A DNA stretch of 64,000 nucleotides from an uncultured delta proteobacterium. GTDB lineage: Bacteria > Desulfobacterota > Desulfobaccia > Desulfobaccales > 0-14-0-80-60-11. A program made the position numbers and the translations under genes. This document shows positions 61,123 to 64,000 of this stretch, in pieces (position 1 is the first letter of the stretch; each line of letters starts with the position of its first letter). The notes below the pieces were generated by a model that saw only the letters and a program-made list of their open reading frames with translations, did no database searches and had not been told where the DNA came from. The stretch lies in assembly GCA_963812015.1 (NCBI GenBank), contig CAWETI010000003.1, forward strand, positions 832,001 through 896,000. The letters are read 5' to 3'.

Positions 61123-61455
61123 CTACAAAATTTCCCGGGCCACCTCTGCTCCGCCGCTTGTTAGGGCTACCACCGTCGTGGCGCGCCCGGCCACGCTCAC
61201 GCCCTTGTACGTCTGCACCAGGTGCCGACGCCGCAGCCCCCTTAGGCTCCTGGAGAGGCCGGCGTAGGCCTTGTTATATCCTGCCTCTGCGAATAATCTT
61301 TCTAAGATACCCTTAATTCTCAACATCCCCCCGCCATCCATGAGCGCCTGCAAAATACGCATTTGCGATCGTCCAATCCCTCTACTCACGCCAGCCCCCC
61401 CGTTACCCTTTATGTTAATACCACCAGGACGAAACCAATTGCGCTTCATTAACAC
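61123..61455 (-). CDS. Small winged-helix-like protein
   Basis: SQMRILQAL...GLSRSLRGLRRRHLV...LTSGG; true start may be ~61390. Confidence 0.5.
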   Translation of the reverse strand: MLMKRNWFRPGGINIKGNGGAGVSRGIGRSQMRILQALMDGGGMLRIKGILERLFAEAGYNKAYAGLSRSLRGLRRRHLVQTYKGVSVAGRATTVVALTSGGAEVAREIL

Positions 61456-61682
61456 TTATTCTAAGCGACCACTTTGTTACCACAAACATTATCCGAAGCG
61501 GAGAGAGAAAAACTTTGAGCCCCTATGAAGGGGAAGTTGCGAAGCCTTTAAAAAACGCTTTCCACGGTGAAGAAAGTTTGTGCTTAATTAACCTTTAAAA
61601 AGGTATGGTCTATCCCTGGGGATCGAGGTCCCCCCCGGCCCTTGCAAAGTCAGGGGGGACGACCTATTGCCGACTACAGGGA

Positions 61683-62051
61683 TTAAGTGTTTTTAGCTTT
61701 TCTCATCTCGAAATAGGCCTTTTCATCGAGGTTGACGCATTCAAAGCATTCCATACTTCCATGCATATTGGGTGAAGTGTAGTTACGACTAATCATTTCG
61801 GAAGCCTTGTCTTCCCCATACTTCTGGGTAAGCCGCTCCCTAACTTTTTTAAACCGCTTCTCAGCTTTTTGGTAAGCACCCCTGCATTCCTCGATAAGCC
61901 TGATGTCTTCCTCATCGGAAGGAGTATCAGGTCTCCAAAAGCCAAACAAACGAGCTTCATAGGTTCGGTCTTCATCGGTGAAGATTCGGAGCTCCTCCCA
62001 AGCTTTGCCGCAACAATCGCATCCCCAATACTTTTTTTCCTGTATTTCCAT
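61683..62051 (-). CDS. Hypothetical protein with two CxxC motifs
   Basis: GGAG RBS; CDCC and CFEC. Confidence 0.55.
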   Translation of the reverse strand: MEIQEKKYWGCDCCGKAWEELRIFTDEDRTYEARLFGFWRPDTPSDEEDIRLIEECRGAYQKAEKRFKKVRERLTQKYGEDKASEMISRNYTSPNMHGSMECFECVNLDEKAYFEMRKAKNT

Positions 62052-62156
62052 GATATTACTCCTTTTAAAGTGGTTTGAAAGCCTGAACTCCTAAATGGCG
62101 GGCCATTGAGAAAAGCCAGCCACATCCAACCCAGCATCTTTTCCCTCTAAGCTCCA

Positions 62157-62411
62157 TTACCCATCCCCGCGGCGAAATTCTTCGCAGGTCGGACTACCCA
62201 CCACCAAGTGCTCCATCTGGCGATGGCACCATGCGCCAAAGTCGGGGTCATGGTTACATGGATTCGATGCATACCAATGGCACGCCGCCGCACAGCTCAC
62301 CGGGCGCGACGGAGGGCTGGCCTGGGGCCCCCTGGAATAATGTTTAGCGACTTTAGCGGGTTTAGCAGGGGGTGGGTCCTCAAAATCAAATTTCGGCACC
62401 CTGGAAGACAT
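62157..62411 (-). CDS. Hypothetical ORF overlapping iteron-like repeats
   Basis: PAKPAKVAK encoded by GCTAA repeats; Cys-containing tail. Confidence 0.4.
   Translation of the reverse strand: MSSRVPKFDFEDPPPAKPAKVAKHYSRGPQASPPSRPVSCAAACHWYASNPCNHDPDFGAWCHRQMEHLVVGSPTCEEFRRGDG
62344..62367 (-). repeat. Three GCTAA repeats, 9-bp period (putative ori iterons)
   Basis: TTAGC at 62344, 62353, 62362, just after the DUF3987 gene. Confidence 0.6.
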
Positions 62412-64000
62412 AGGGGCTCACCTCCCAGACTTGGCGGCGCTTTTTGCCGCCGACTTCCGCGCCACCCTCTACCGGCTTAACCCATAGGTGGTCGCTGAGA
62501 ATTTGCATAACCTTAATGGCGGTGGCCTTATCCCGCACAGCATTCGGCCCCATCTGGTAAATGTCCGGCAGAGAAATCAAGCTCTTTTCAGATCCTTCAC
62601 GGGTCCGAAGCCATGCTAATGCCTTCTCGGCAACCAATAAATCAGGGTTGGTCTTAGCAGTATGGAATATTCGCAGGGCTTCGGTGAGATAGAACTGGGC
62701 CAGGATAATGCCATTCTTCAGGTGTTGGAGGGTAATAGCTGGGCCATTCAGGTCATCCACCAAGGCCAGCGTACCGGCTAATCTCAATGCGTGTTCTGCG
62801 GCTTTGGCGGCGATACTGGATATGGGCCGGAACATGCCATCGGGGCGCAGGTGCTCTTGAATCCAATCATGGAAACGAACCCATACAGCTTTTGCTTCCG
62901 GGGCCACCGGAAGGTGCCGAGGCGTCAGCTCGTTAGTCGGCTGCCCGGTAACCGGATCGGTCTTGCGGGGAAGCGAAGTTTGGATGATGGTGGTGATTTG
63001 GGTACAATACCGCCCGTAGGCCGGTTCCCGAGTCAGGTCTTGGGAAGAGTATGTCTGCTCTCCAAGCATACTCTCTGGGATGACAATGTGGCACCGTGAC
63101 AAAAAGCCTTGCTCATGTGCCAAAGGGTCCGCCAGAATGGTCTCCGCCACCACGGGTTGCATGAGCAGGTGGGCGCTCAGCCGGCGGCTATAGAGGGTGA
63201 AGGATTTATCCCCGGAGCGGGTCCGGATTATAGGGCAGCCATCCCAAATTTCGGAGAGTCCAGCCAGAGTCTTAAGGCGGTGGTCCTGTGACATGGCGAA
63301 CCCGCCGAAAAATCGACCGCCCTCTGAAGAGAACAGCCCCACTGAGGGCCAGCCAATATCAAACAATTTGGCCAGCCCCTCGTAGGTGGGTTCTTGGGTT
63401 GTAAGTTGTGGGATGAGTGGCACCGTGGGGGGGGATGGCAATGCCTCCACCGCTTCCCTGCGGGCCTCCGTCCCTTTGGTCCTCAAAGCCGTGGAGCGAA
63501 AGCTCTCCCAGAGCCCAGCCTCTGACTCGTATTTGGCCAGCTCGATTTTATATGACTCGTTCAGCTCCCGTTGGTGCGCGTCCACCGGCACCAGGGCCGC
63601 CCGGTCTGCGGCGGTCTTGCGATCGCCGGAGAGTGCGATGGACAGAAAATATTCAGCGACAGGGAAGGTCCGGCCGTCAATCGTCACATCGGCGAATCCC
63701 TGGACTGCCAGGTTGGCAGTGGCTAAAACCGATTGTCCGCATACCGCCAGGGGGGCTTTGATGTTCAGGTGCATAGCCTTGGCAGCTTCTCCCAGGATCA
63801 TCCCCAAGGCCTCCACCGGGAAGGGTTCCCCGGGTTCCTGTTTGCGACGCAGTGGTTCGGGTTCAGGCCAATCCCCACCGGACGCCCCAGGTTCTCCGTA
63901 ACCCTCCTTCCACAGTTCCCGGGCGGCGGCTGAGTAATCTCCGGCGTGCTCCAATAGCCCATAGACACTAAAGGGTGAGTAGGCTTTGCCGGCCTCAAAC
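62386..64000 (-). CDS. DUF3987 (YfjI-like) replication protein, 5' part beyond window
   Basis: WPEPEPL, FPVEAL, SGDRKT, PTYEGL, SSEGG, WDG, QGFLSR, ALRLAG; upstream YSPFSVYGLLEHAGDYSAAAREL primase-type tail. Confidence 0.85.
   Translation of the reverse strand, partial: FEAGKAYSPFSVYGLLEHAGDYSAAARELWKEGYGEPGASGGDWPEPEPLRRKQEPGEPFPVEALGMILGEAAKAMHLNIKAPLAVCGQSVLATANLAVQGFADVTIDGRTFPVAEYFLSIALSGDRKTAADRAALVPVDAHQRELNESYKIELAKYESEAGLWESFRSTALRTKGTEARREAVEALPSPPTVPLIPQLTTQEPTYEGLAKLFDIGWPSVGLFSSEGGRFFGGFAMSQDHRLKTLAGLSEIWDGCPIIRTRSGDKSFTLYSRRLSAHLLMQPVVAETILADPLAHEQGFLSRCHIVIPESMLGEQTYSSQDLTREPAYGRYCTQITTIIQTSLPRKTDPVTGQPTNELTPRHLPVAPEAKAVWVRFHDWIQEHLRPDGMFRPISSIAAKAAEHALRLAGTLALVDDLNGPAITLQHLKNGIILAQFYLTEALRIFHTAKTNPDLLVAEKALAWLRTREGSEKSLISLPDIYQMGPNAVRDKATAIKVMQILSDHLWVKPVEGGAEVGGKKRRQVWEVSPYVFQGAEI

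Larger units (their letters stand above)
3349..64000. mobile_element. Large integrative element / genomic island at tRNA-Val (right end beyond window)
   Basis: Integrase abutting the tRNA 3' end, DUF3987 replication gene at far end, no housekeeping genes between, IS-rich mosaic cargo. Confidence 0.7.

Overview
High-GC bacterial DNA; a Desulfobacterota-like host is inferred from gene style and riboswitch type only. Bases 1-3.3 kb are housekeeping: fprA 3' part, an RHH/RelE toxin-antitoxin pair, a PH-domain gene, DUF434 and tRNA-Val(CAC). From ~3.35 kb to past the window end lies what appears to be one large element integrated at tRNA-Val, with a tyrosine integrase and XRE gene at the left and a DUF3987 replication gene with iteron-like repeats at the right; attR was not seen. 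Its cargo is a PAS-HK/NarL-family two-component pair, a ~31-kb Wzx/Wzy-dependent exopolysaccharide cluster of PEP-CTERM/exosortase type (exosortase decayed), a lytic transglycosylase, a c-di-GMP module (GGDEF, HD-GYP, two GEMM-I-like RNAs), an extra tRNA-Cys, an acyltransferase, and many IS elements or remnants (IS3, IS4, IS5, IS1380, IS1595, IS110/IS1111). The most unusual signals are three. (1) A self-contained unit of consensus sigma70 promoter, GEMM-like leader, tRNA-Cys and terminator, i.e. a possible cyclic-dinucleotide-controlled tRNA. (2) IS1111-type right-end bridge-RNA modules whose guide segments match the actual insertion flanks, present as tandem double ends and as orphans, which suggests self-targeting. 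(3) Identical-length 46-bp IS3-type ends bracketing the EPS cluster, and repeated operator motifs across the island. All calls are by eye, without database searches.
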